A DNA stretch of 64,000 nt, taken from contig CAWHCF010000026.1 of NCBI GenBank assembly GCA_963827655.1, forward strand, positions 160,001 through 224,000, in the 5' to 3' direction. This document shows, one piece after another, positions 32,090 through 41,769 of the stretch. Within the stretch, counting starts at the first letter, position 1, and every line of letters begins with the position of its first letter. Under the pieces are notes generated by a model. It did no database searches. It was given only the letters and a program-made list of their open reading frames with translations, and was not told the DNA's origin. Made by a program: the position numbers and the translations under genes. Source of the DNA: an uncultured Acidobacteriota bacterium (GTDB lineage: Bacteria; Acidobacteriota; UBA6911).

Positions 32090-34013
32090 CTTCGGCAGCG
32101 ACCTTGCCCTGCTGCCGGGCCTTTTCGACCACGCTGATGAAGACGTCCTCCAGCGAAAAGCGCCCCTCCCGCGCGCTGATGACCCGGATGCCGTTGGCTT
32201 CGAGGCTCCGGGTTGTGACTTGCTTGCTCCGTTCGGCGTCCTGATCCGTGATGAAGTGAAGTCGATCGCCAAACAGTGACACGCGCCAGGGCTCGTGGTC
32301 TTTCTTGAGTAGATCTGCGGCGCCCTGGGGCTGATCGACTATGAATTCCAGCAGATGACCGGTCTGCCGGCTCTTGATGCTGCCCGGGCTCCCCTCGACC
32401 ACCAGTTCCCCTGCCACCATCAGCCCCAGGCGATTACATTGCTCGGATTCTTCGAGATAGTGCGTGGTTACCAGGATTGCGGCGCCGGCATCCGCCAGCC
32501 GGTTGATCATGGTCCAGAAAGAGCGCCGGGCCAGGGGATCGACGCCCGAGGTCGGCTCGTCGAGGAAAAGCACGCTCGGCTCATGCATGATCGCGGCGCC
32601 AAAGGCCACGCGCTGCTTCCACCCTCCGGGCAGGCTCCTCGTGACTTGATCTTGCTTTCCCTCGAGTCCCGAGAATGAAAGCACCCACTGCCGCTTTTCT
32701 TTGCGCTCGCGCTCGGGCACGCCGTAAACGCCGGCAAAGAAGTCGAGATTCTCTTGAATCGAAAGTTCGTCGTAGAGTGAAAATTTTTGCGACATGTAAC
32801 CGATCCTCTGCCGTACGTCTCCGGACCGCAAGCGGCCGCGTTCGCCGGCGAGTTGTATGTCTCCGCGGGTCGGATCGAGCAGACCGCACAGCATCTTGAT
32901 GGTTGTCGTTTTGCCGGCTCCATTCGCTCCCAGAAGTCCGTAAATTTCCCCATATCGGACCTGAAGGCTGAGGTCGGTTACGGCGGTGAACGAACCAAAC
33001 TGTTTGGTGAGATTGGTTGCGCCGATCGCGATCTGGCCGCGCAGATGCCGGTGGTCGTGGGATCCTGGAAACGGGATCTCGCGCGCCTCTTGCCCCAGGC
33101 TGCGCAGCGTGGCGACGAATGTGTTTTCGAGAGTCGGCTCGTCGATGCGAATCTCGTCGATGGCATGCCCGGCGGCCCTCAGTCTCTCTTCCAGAATGCG
33201 TTTCCCTCGCTCCGGCTCGCGTACCAGAAGATCGAGACGGTCGCCGAATCGCTGCGCGTCCACAATTTCCTGATCCGGTCCGCTGATTTCAGAAAGCGCC
33301 CGGTGAGCTTCGCCAAGGTTTTGCGTGCGGAGTTCAAGCCGTTTCGCATTCAAGCCGGCCCGAAGTTGGTCCGGCGTGCCGATCTGCCGGATTTCACCGA
33401 GGTGCATCAACGCCACCCGATGACACCTCTCCGCTTCATCCAGATAGGGAGTGGCCACGAGCAGCGTCAGACCGTCGGCAGCCAGATGGGCAAGAGTATC
33501 CCAGAACTCGCGCCGTGAGACGGGATCGACACCGGTGGTCGGCTCATCCAGCAGGAGGACCCGCGGCTCAGGCACGAGAGCGCAAACCAGGGCCAGCTTC
33601 TGCTTCATACCGCCGCTCAGGCGGCCTGCGAGCCTGTGTGCGAATCGGTCCATATCGAACATCTTCAAATATCGTTGGCCGCGAATCGTTATCTGGTCGG
33701 AGGCGACGCGACGCAGGTCGCCGATGTAGCGGATGTTTTCGGTGACGCTCAAGTCCGGGTACAGGCTGAATGCCTGAGTGAGATAGCCCGTCTGCGATCG
33801 CATGTCGCGCGCGGACCGTCCAAAAATCTCCGCGCTCCCCGATGTCGGTTCCATGACACCGGCGAGCACTTGAAACGTTGAGGTCTTGCCGGCCCCATCC
33901 GGGCCAATCAGGCCGAAGATCTCGCCCTCGCGGACCTCCAGTGATATCCCGCGAACGGCCTCGATCGAGCCGTAGCGCTTCCAAAGACCCCTGACCCGGA
34001 TAGCCGATTGCAT
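32082..34013 (-). CDS. ABC transporter ATP-binding protein with two ATPase domains (YbhF-like)
   Basis: GPDGAGKT / LSGGMKQK / LLLDEPT and GANGAGKT / LPGGWKQR / LFLDEPT. Confidence 0.93.
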   Translation of the reverse strand: MQSAIRVRGLWKRYGSIEAVRGISLEVREGEIFGLIGPDGAGKTSTFQVLAGVMEPTSGSAEIFGRSARDMRSQTGYLTQAFSLYPDLSVTENIRYIGDLRRVASDQITIRGQRYLKMFDMDRFAHRLAGRLSGGMKQKLALVCALVPEPRVLLLDEPTTGVDPVSRREFWDTLAHLAADGLTLLVATPYLDEAERCHRVALMHLGEIRQIGTPDQLRAGLNAKRLELRTQNLGEAHRALSEISGPDQEIVDAQRFGDRLDLLVREPERGKRILEERLRAAGHAIDEIRIDEPTLENTFVATLRSLGQEAREIPFPGSHDHRHLRGQIAIGATNLTKQFGSFTAVTDLSLQVRYGEIYGLLGANGAGKTTTIKMLCGLLDPTRGDIQLAGERGRLRSGDVRQRIGYMSQKFSLYDELSIQENLDFFAGVYGVPERERKEKRQWVLSFSGLEGKQDQVTRSLPGGWKQRVAFGAAIMHEPSVLFLDEPTSGVDPLARRSFWTMINRLADAGAAILVTTHYLEESEQCNRLGLMVAGELVVEGSPGSIKSRQTGHLLEFIVDQPQGAADLLKKDHEPWRVSLFGDRLHFITDQDAERSKQVTTRSLEANGIRVISAREGRFSLEDVFISVVEKARQQGKVAAEDR

Positions 34014-34057
34014 TGTGGTAAATCTGGTTCGCGTTTCCTGGTCTCGCGTCTTCGTGG

Positions 34058-35329
34058 TTAGTGCCTTTGCCGGACTTCGGGCCAGGTATCGCCTCGGACG
34101 AGAATCTCGCCGTCGGCCGGCATGCCCGGCTTGGCAAACCCGACCGCTCCCTTCAACAGGAGCTTGACTCCGACGACTTGCTTTACGCGATCCTCGCGGA
34201 AGTACGTGTTTTCGGGCGTGAACATGGCTTGCGGATCAATCCGGGAAACATAGGCCTCGATCGGCTGGTTCGGATCTGAATCCAGGTAAACCCGCGCGGC
34301 TTGCCCGACTTTGACCTTGCCGATCTGTCCTTCCGGCACAAAGCCGCGCAGATAGACGGTGCCGAGGTCGAGCAGGGTGATAAGAGGAGTCCCCGCCGCC
34401 ACCACTTCTCCCGGTTCCGCGGCGCGCGTCATCACCGTCCCGCTGAATGGAGCTTTGACGATCAGATCTTCACGGTTGGCCCGGGCTTCGGCGAGCTGGG
34501 CGCGAGCTCTTTCCGTCTGGGCGGTGGCGCTTGCTATTTCCGCCTGTTGCTGCGCCATCTGCTTGCGCACGGCCGCGGCCTCGGCTCCACGAATGCCCGA
34601 ATTTGACAGGCTTGCCTTGGCTGCGGTCAGCGCACCCAGCGCCGCTTCGACGCGGCGTTTCGCGGCTGCCACGGCCGCCGCCTGCTGATCGGCGGTGGTG
34701 GCGGCTTGCTTTCCCTGACGCTCTGAAACGGCTCCGGTCTTCGCCAGCCGCGTATACGCCTCTTTATCGAATGCCGCAAGCTGATAAGCCGTCTCCTGTT
34801 GAACGAGATCCGCCTCAGCCGCGGCCAGGTCAGCGGTGGCCTGCCGCACGCGCCCTTCCGCATCAATTTCCGCCTGTTCCCCCAGCAATTGATTCTGCCG
34901 CAACTGCTCCTGAAGGACGGCAATCTGATCTAGCGCCGCTTTCGCCTTTGCCTCCGCTTCCGAAACCATGGCGCGGGCTTGCTCCTCGCGTGCCCGCACC
35001 TGCTGGTCATCCAGAATCGCAATCACCTCTCCCGCATTGACGCTGTCTCCCTCCCGGACGCGGATTTCGAGAATGCGGCCGCCGGTTTTCGGCGCCACTG
35101 CGGAGTCGTCACCCTCGATCCGGCCGCTCAGGATCACGATATTGTCGGGTACGCGAGGGGTGGCAAAGAACCTGGTCCAGATCAGGAATGCGGCAGAGGC
35201 GAGCAAGACTAAAAGCATCAGCCCGACGATCTTGCGGCGATGGCCCGGACGGCCTGGCGGCGGAGACGCCGGCTGCGACTGAGGCTGATGGGATTGCGAA
35301 CGGGTTTCGGCTGCCGGTTGTTCTGTCAT
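34058..35329 (-). CDS. HlyD family efflux membrane fusion protein (YbhG-like)
   Basis: N-terminal TM, SGRIEG..VAPKTGGRI, coiled coil, KAPFSG, FTPEN, KPGMPADG. Confidence 0.9.
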   Translation of the reverse strand: MTEQPAAETRSQSHQPQSQPASPPPGRPGHRRKIVGLMLLVLLASAAFLIWTRFFATPRVPDNIVILSGRIEGDDSAVAPKTGGRILEIRVREGDSVNAGEVIAILDDQQVRAREEQARAMVSEAEAKAKAALDQIAVLQEQLRQNQLLGEQAEIDAEGRVRQATADLAAAEADLVQQETAYQLAAFDKEAYTRLAKTGAVSERQGKQAATTADQQAAAVAAAKRRVEAALGALTAAKASLSNSGIRGAEAAAVRKQMAQQQAEIASATAQTERARAQLAEARANREDLIVKAPFSGTVMTRAAEPGEVVAAGTPLITLLDLGTVYLRGFVPEGQIGKVKVGQAARVYLDSDPNQPIEAYVSRIDPQAMFTPENTYFREDRVKQVVGVKLLLKGAVGFAKPGMPADGEILVRGDTWPEVRQRH

Positions 35330-36000
35330 TTCCGCCTGCTTGGATGCCTGGTCGATGTGCGTTGCCTCCGGCTGGTCCCGGCCGAAGCAAGATAGGCGAG
35401 GGAAAAGTCGGCAATGTGGTCGGCAATGCGATCGAGTTGCTCGGGCGTCAGCTTCAGTTCTGGCCACAGCCGAACTACGACGCGACGCGCATGTGGATAA
35501 TGAACTATCTGTCCGACGATGCTGTGGGTGCAGAGCCGGGTCTTTTCGTGGTCGCGGGGCAAGTTGAGGATAGCGCCGATAATGTGGCGCAGCCGGTTGT
35601 AAATTGGCCGAATCGCCTCGTCGATGACGCGCGACATCGCCGGCGTGGGCTGCGCCAGCTCGTGCACAATCAGGCGGAACCAGCGATCGGAATTAGGGTC
35701 GCCGCCGATCTTTCGGACCATGGCCTTGATCACTTGCCTCAGAATTTCTTCCGGCGGACCCACCTGATCGAGTGCGTTGCGAATGGCCTCGTTTTGGGCG
35801 GCACCGACCGATCGGCGCAGCACTTCGGTATACAGCTCCAGCTTGTCGCCAAAGTGATAGTTTACCGCCGCGACGTTGGCGCCTGCGCGCATGCAGATCT
35901 CGCGCACAGTGGCCGAGTGATAACCATGTTCCGCAAAGACCTGGCCGGCGGCTTCGAGCAGTTTGTTGCGAGTGGCATCGTAGGCGGCGGGGTTGATCAT
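35326..36000 (-). CDS. TetR/AcrR family regulator (CecR/YbiH-like)
   Basis: TRNKLLEAAGQVFAEHGY..ATVREIC..AGANVAAVNYHFGDK; heads the efflux operon. Confidence 0.9.
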   Translation of the reverse strand: MINPAAYDATRNKLLEAAGQVFAEHGYHSATVREICMRAGANVAAVNYHFGDKLELYTEVLRRSVGAAQNEAIRNALDQVGPPEEILRQVIKAMVRKIGGDPNSDRWFRLIVHELAQPTPAMSRVIDEAIRPIYNRLRHIIGAILNLPRDHEKTRLCTHSIVGQIVHYPHARRVVVRLWPELKLTPEQLDRIADHIADFSLAYLASAGTSRRQRTSTRHPSRRK

Positions 36001-36008
36001 GATCTTCC

Positions 36009-36046
36009 TTAAACGTACATTTTAAACGCGTGTTTGATGAAGTCAA
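36009..36046 (-). promoter_or_regulatory. Sigma70-type promoter overlapped by a putative TetR operator
   Basis: TTGACT-N16-TAAAAT on the minus strand, with palindrome TCAAACACGCGTTTAA in the spacer and a second imperfect copy downstream. Confidence 0.6.
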
Positions 36047-36051
36047 GCCGG

Positions 36052-36146
36052 TTTTCTTAGTGTTCTTCGTGTCTTGGTGTCCTAGTGGTATTTGTTTGGC
36101 AACTCTAACCACGAAGACACGAAGAAACACCAAGAAAACGACGAAG
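36052..36146. repeat. Inverted pair of 9-bp-period repeats
   Basis: TTCTTAGTGTTCTTCGTGTCTTGGTGTCCTAGTGGT versus ACCACGAAGACACGAAGAAACACCAAGAA. Confidence 0.75.
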
Positions 36147-36242
36147 TTGGCTGATAGATTTCGCAATTCTCAGCGTCTTTATTTTGGGGGAAAAGGCCAA
36201 AATTCTTGATTATGTTCGCTCGGTCGGTAGAATAAACAACGC

Positions 36243-38721
36243 ATGGATCTTGCAACCATAAGCCGAATCGCACAGGATGCCGGGTTGCCGGAGTCATTTG
36301 TATCCGCTGCGGTCGCTCTTTTCGAAGACGGAGCAACTTTTGCGTTTGTCGCCCGCTATCGCAGGGAAGCTACCGGCGGATTGGACGAAGCGCAGTTGCG
36401 CTCCATTCAGGAACTCGCCGCTCATTACAAGGAACTGCAAAGCCGGCGCGCTGTCATTCTCAAGTCTATTGCCGATCAGGGAAAACTGACGGACGAACTC
36501 CGTCTGAAAATTGATGCCTGCTTTGTGCGAGCGGAGCTCGAGGATCTTTTTCTCCCATTCAGGCTCAAGCGGAAGAGCCGATCGGCGGAGTGGGCAGGTA
36601 AGGGCATCGAGCCCCTGGCGGAATATCTCTGGAACCAGGAGACCGACGCCTGGAGCCCCGAGGAGCATATCGATGTTTTCATCGATCCCGAGAAGGGCAT
36701 TGCCAGCCGGGAAGAAGCGCTCAAAGGCGCCACCGAGATCTTGGCCGATTGGATTTCGGAAAACGGCGAAGCCCGCAAGGCTCTGCGGGAGATGATGTGG
36801 AATGACGGCTTCATCGTGTCCAAGGTAGTTCCAGCCAGAAGCGAGCAGAAAACCAAGTACAACATGTACTACGACAGGAAAGAGGCGATTTCCTCCATAC
36901 CTTGCCACCGAGTCCTGGCTATCCGGCGAGGCACCAAGGAGGGGATCCTCACGTCGTTCATCGAATCCGATGATGAAAAGGCGATCAATTTTCTTCTCGA
37001 TACCGTGATTCGAGACCGGGAATCAGCGTTCGCCCCTGTATTGGAAGCTGCCGTACGGGATAGTTATGCCCGGCTCATCCGCCCGGGGATTGAAAGCGAC
37101 GTTCGCGCTCAACTCAAGGAGCGGGCCGATCGCGAGGCGATTCGTGTCTTTCAGGACAACCTGGCCCATCTTCTCCTGTCGCCGCCGGCCGGGTCCATAG
37201 TGGCCATGGGCATAGATCCTGGAAAAGGTGCCGAACGCAAGCTTGCCGTGGTCGATGAAACGGGTAAGTTTCTGGAAGAGTCGGCGATTTCCGCGGAGGC
37301 GGATATCGAGGTGACGCGCGCCACCCTGAAAGAAATGATTGCGAAACACAACGTTCGGGCGGTTGCAGTCGCGAATGGCACGGGTTCGCGCGATACAGAG
37401 TTGACGGTCCGCCAGACGCTGGAGGAAAAAGAATTCGAGAGCGTCTTCACCGCCGGGGTCAATGACGCAGGAATTACCGTCTATTCCACCTCTCGGCTTG
37501 CGCGTGAGGAATTCCCCGAGCTGGAGGCTGGGGTCCGAAGCGCCGTCAGTATTGCGCGGCGTCTGCAGGATCCGTTGGCCGAGCTGGTGAAGGTAGATCC
37601 GAAATTGATCGGCGTGGGACAGTATCAGCACGATGTAGATCAGAAAGAGCTGCACCGGGGTCTGGTCGTGACCGTGCAATCTTGCGTGAACCAGGTCGGC
37701 GTCGATTTGAACAGCGCCGACGTCTCCCTGTTGCGCTATGTCGCAGGAATCAACGACGGTTTGGCGCGGAGAATTGTGGCGCACCGCAATGCCAACGGAC
37801 CCTTCGCGAGCCGCGCTTCGCTTTTGGAGGTTCCGGGGATAAGCGAGAAAGCCTTCCAGCAAGCGGCGGGTTTTGTTCGGGTCGAGGGTGAGAACGTGCT
37901 GGATAAAACGTCCATTCATCCCGAGTCGTACCCGATTGTGGAGAAGATGGCAGCCGCCGCGGGAGTGCCGATCAGTGAATTGATCGAGAATAAAACGCTT
38001 CTGTCCAGCCTGAACCTGGAGGAATTTGTCACTGATTCAGCGACCCTTCCAGCGCTTAACAACATACGGGAAGAATTGATCAAGCCCGCGCGCGATCCCC
38101 GCAAGGCCTTCACGGTTCCCAGATTCCGCGCCGATGTCAAACAGATCGATGATCTCAAAGAGGGAATGAGTCTGGAGGGCACGGTCACCAACGTTACGAA
38201 TTTTGGCGCCTTCGTCGATATCGGCGTCCGCCAGGATGGACTGGTCCACTTGAGCCAGATGTCCAATCGGTTCATCAGGGATCCACGGTCGGCCGTCCAG
38301 GTTGGGGATGTGGTAAAGGTGAAGGTCATTTCGGTGGAAGCGGAGACCAAGCGCATCGGACTGTCGATGAAAGCTCTTCTTCCTCCCTTGCGCCGCAGGC
38401 GCAAGCGATCGCCAAGGCGAGGCGCGAGACCACAGCCGGCTTCTTCGATTCCAGGCGAGCTAGGGGCGGAAATCTCCGTGGCGGCGGATTCAGGCTCAGC
38501 GCCGGATGGGGCCGTGCCCGAGGCGTCCTCACCGCGCACCTGCAGCCAGGCGGGCAGACGGACGGCCTCGTCGTGGTCCTCGCCGGCGACGCCGCGACCG
38601 GTCTAGACCGCCGGAACTGGAGCGGGCCGACACCGTCGCGCCCGAGGATGCCAAGCTGCCCGAGCCCACGTTTCAGGAAAAAATAGCCGCCTTGCAGTCC
38701 AAGTTTCGAGGAATCAGCTAA
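36243..38721 (+). CDS. tex: Tex family RNA-binding transcription accessory protein (probable frameshift in the low-complexity tail, about 38400-38600)
   Basis: FVARYRREATGGLDE, HRVLAIRRG, MGIDPG, SIARRLQDPLAELVK, GVGQYQHDV, S1 domain NFGAFVDIG; tail TFQEKIAALQSKF lies in another frame. Confidence 0.9.
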
Positions 38722-38722
38722 A

Positions 38723-38912
38723 CGATTGCGGATTTCAGATTGCGGATTGCGGATTTTAAAAAGAGTGCCGTTTGATAGTCGCGTAGCCGCTAGAGTTCTC
38801 CCGCTTGCGATTTCAGATTATTTCAGATTGCAGATTCTAATAACGGTGTCGCTGGATGGTTGGCATAACCGATAAGTTCAATCCGCAATCCGCAATCTGC
38901 AATCCGCAATCG
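38723..38912. repeat. Inverted 7-bp-period repeat hairpin (GATTGCG class)
   Basis: 38723-38755 and 38880-38912 are 32/33 reverse-complementary. Confidence 0.85.
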
Positions 38913-41423
38913 AGAAGTGCACGCTTGCTGCTCTTTGCCGCGGCATTCCTCATTGGCAAACTCCCGGTCCTGGCGCAGCTTGGCGGTCGTCCCGTTCCTG
39001 GCGCCTATCGAGGGTCGCAGCAATGTTTCAATTGTCATCAGGAACTGTTCTTCCAGACCTCGCACCGCGATTCGATGCAAGGACCGGAAGGGATCCTCAC
39101 GACGACCGTTGCTGGGCAGCGCGTCAGCATCTTCGACCCGCGCACCCCCGGGTACGATCAGTACGTCGCGCCATTTCAGGCATATTTCAACCCGCAAGAT
39201 GTTCTGTATACCGTAGGGGGGAAAGGGTGGGCCCAGCGCTTCGTGACGAGGGTAGTTCCGGCGCGGGGCGATCCGACCGATTCTGCACAGCGGTCGGTGC
39301 TGCCCGACAACGAGACGGTCATTATGGGCGTCCAGTGGAATCAGAGACAGGAACGCTGGGAGGATTTTCACGGACCACGAGGCGACAACACCTGGACGCA
39401 GACCAACTTCAACACGAAATGTGGAACCTGCCATGCAACCGGGTTTGAGCCTTCGGACACGTCCCGCGCCGGCCGTTGGGTAGAAGCGGGAATCGGCTGC
39501 GAGGCATGTCATGGAGCCAGCAGCGAGATAAATCCGATTACCCTGGATGCCAGGCAGTCCAACGAGATCTGCGGCTCGTGCCATACCAGGGGAACAAGCA
39601 GGACAGGAGTCTTTGAATTTCCTTGGAACAGCAGGCTCGGCGGCGCTTTCAGTCCGAAAAGTTCTCTCGACTCCTTCATCGATCAGGTGGCTCCGGCGAG
39701 CGACCACTTCTGGGTCGACGGCGAATCGAAGTCGCATCATCAGCAGTGGCCCGATTTCCAGTTGAGCCGCCACGTCACGGCTGGATTGACCTGTAACGAT
39801 TGTCACTCTCCTCACCGGAAGACGCACCCGGGACAGCTCAGAACCGACAGTGCCACTCTCTGTCTTTCGTGCCATTCCGCCCGCCTGCTGAACTCTGGAG
39901 ACCGGTTGCAGCATTCCCGGCACACCGACCGGCAGGCATCCTGCATCGATTGCCACATGCCCCGAACCGCCATGGCAGTGGAGGCGGGCGACATTCGTTC
40001 CCATACTTTCTTTGTGGTCGAGCCGCAAAAAACCCGGGATTTCGGTATCCCCTCGGGCTGCGCCGGCTGCCACACCAACGGTCCGGGAGAGCCGAAATCT
40101 CAGGCTGAGCTTGAGGAGCTGTTCCGTGAAATCGCGCCGAGTTTTCGCGAGACCGCACTGGCCTCCCTTCAGGCGGGCTCGAACCTCTGGACCGGATTCG
40201 CCCTCGCCAACCTGGGCAACCGCGCGGCGCGGCTCCTGTTCACTCTGTTCGACCCTCAGGGGAAAGTCATGAATGTGCCGGAGATACGAAATCCCCAGGT
40301 CGTGACCCTGGAACCCGGCAGGCAGGTCGCTTCCGTGATCGACAAGTTCTTCGGACCGGGGGTGACAGGAAAGCAGGGTTGGGTACGGCTCAGTCACTAC
40401 CAGCCGAGCCTGAAGGGATTCTATCTCGAAGGAGACGAAGCGGGCACGGAATTGACCGGCCTGACGGCGGAAGGCTTGTTGAGCCCGGCGTGGGTGACAC
40501 CGATTCTCTGGCCTGACGCTGAAAATCGGGTCAGCCTCTCGAATCTCTCGTCCGTGGATGCCACGGTGACGTTGACGCCCATGAGCCCTTCCGGATCCCA
40601 GTCCGGAAGCCCGTCGTTGGCATCGGTTCCGGCGCGAGGTCGACGGAGTTTTCTGATCCAGCAACTCTTCCCGGATCTCGCGCAGGGAAGCTATCTCGCG
40701 GTCCAGAGCAACGTCGCGTTACAGGGAGAGGTCACGGCTCTGCAGGGAAAGACGCTGGCCACCCTCGGGTTGTTTCCGGCAGGAACCGGCACGAGCTCGC
40801 TCACCATTCCGCACGCAATAGTCGGGGAAGGTTGGGACACCCGGTTGGTGATCTACAACGCCATGAACCGTAATGTCGAGATTCAGGTCCAGATGCGGCG
40901 CGATGGCTCCAGTTCAGCGCCATACAATGGGATAATTCGGCGCACTCTCGCTCCGGGCGCCATGTGGAACGAGGCGCTGTCACGGATCGTGCCGGTTTTC
41001 GACTCGCGAGTCGAAGGCTACATGCTGGTGCACACCACGAACCCTGCGGATCGTATTCAGGGGGCCGTCACTTTCGCTTCTCTGAACGGTGGCGGAGTTG
41101 CGGCGCTGCGCGCCGAGGGGAGCGGCCGTCGGCAGCTGATCTTCTCGCACGTAGCTCAAGGAGACGGTTACTGGACGGGGATGGCTCTGTTCTCTCCGAC
41201 GGGAGGGACCGCCCTGGTGGAACTCTACTCGAGCGAAGGGAACCGGTTGGCTTCTCGCGAAGTGACCCTGGGGGAACGGCGGGTGGCCACGCTGGACGTG
41301 TTGCTTCAGGTCGGCAACGTCAGAGGTGGGTACATCCAGGTCAAGTCCAGCTCCGAGATCTTCGGGTTCGAGCTTTTCGGAAACCTTCGCTCCAGCATTC
41401 TTGCCGCCGTCCCGCCGCAGTAG
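38856..41423 (+). CDS. Secreted octaheme cytochrome c with long beta-rich C-terminal region
   Basis: Hydrophobic signal; eight CxxCH (CFNCH, CGTCH, CEACH, CGSCH, CNDCH, CLSCH, CIDCH, CAGCH); heme-free C-terminal half; start uncertain. Confidence 0.85.
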   Translation: MVGITDKFNPQSAICNPQSRSARLLLFAAAFLIGKLPVLAQLGGRPVPGAYRGSQQCFNCHQELFFQTSHRDSMQGPEGILTTTVAGQRVSIFDPRTPGYDQYVAPFQAYFNPQDVLYTVGGKGWAQRFVTRVVPARGDPTDSAQRSVLPDNETVIMGVQWNQRQERWEDFHGPRGDNTWTQTNFNTKCGTCHATGFEPSDTSRAGRWVEAGIGCEACHGASSEINPITLDARQSNEICGSCHTRGTSRTGVFEFPWNSRLGGAFSPKSSLDSFIDQVAPASDHFWVDGESKSHHQQWPDFQLSRHVTAGLTCNDCHSPHRKTHPGQLRTDSATLCLSCHSARLLNSGDRLQHSRHTDRQASCIDCHMPRTAMAVEAGDIRSHTFFVVEPQKTRDFGIPSGCAGCHTNGPGEPKSQAELEELFREIAPSFRETALASLQAGSNLWTGFALANLGNRAARLLFTLFDPQGKVMNVPEIRNPQVVTLEPGRQVASVIDKFFGPGVTGKQGWVRLSHYQPSLKGFYLEGDEAGTELTGLTAEGLLSPAWVTPILWPDAENRVSLSNLSSVDATVTLTPMSPSGSQSGSPSLASVPARGRRSFLIQQLFPDLAQGSYLAVQSNVALQGEVTALQGKTLATLGLFPAGTGTSSLTIPHAIVGEGWDTRLVIYNAMNRNVEIQVQMRRDGSSSAPYNGIIRRTLAPGAMWNEALSRIVPVFDSRVEGYMLVHTTNPADRIQGAVTFASLNGGGVAALRAEGSGRRQLIFSHVAQGDGYWTGMALFSPTGGTALVELYSSEGNRLASREVTLGERRVATLDVLLQVGNVRGGYIQVKSSSEIFGFELFGNLRSSILAAVPPQ

Positions 41424-41506
41424 CGAAAACTCGAAACAAATACCACGAAGACACGAAGAAACACCAAGAATTCTTGTCCTTCGAAGAAGCGGCCGACATT
41501 CAGGAA

Positions 41507-41741
41507 TCAATCCCACGAAGCCCGCTCACGTTCTACGTGTTTTGCCGCGTCGACACCTTGCCAGTGTTCCTTTCCGAGACCGCGGAGTTTGAGGATTGAG
41601 AGCGGCTTCGGCGCTTCGAGCGCTTCGCTCAGGATATGCGTGACCTCTTGGGCGACCGAACGCCGTTCACGTTTAGCGCGGGCTTGGAGCTTGCGGTAAA
41701 GACCGTCCGGCAGGTTCTTGACAATCAGAGTTGCGCATTGC
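41507..41741 (-). CDS. FitA/Arc-like ribbon-helix-helix antitoxin (start apparently frameshifted, orphan)
   Basis: ATLIVKNLPDGLYRKLQARAKRERRSVAQEV...LRGLGKEHWQGVDAAKHVERERASWD; GGAGG RBS then ATG-C-GCA-ACT. Confidence 0.7.
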
Positions 41742-41769
41742 CACGGCGTCCTCCAAGAAAGCGCCGAGG

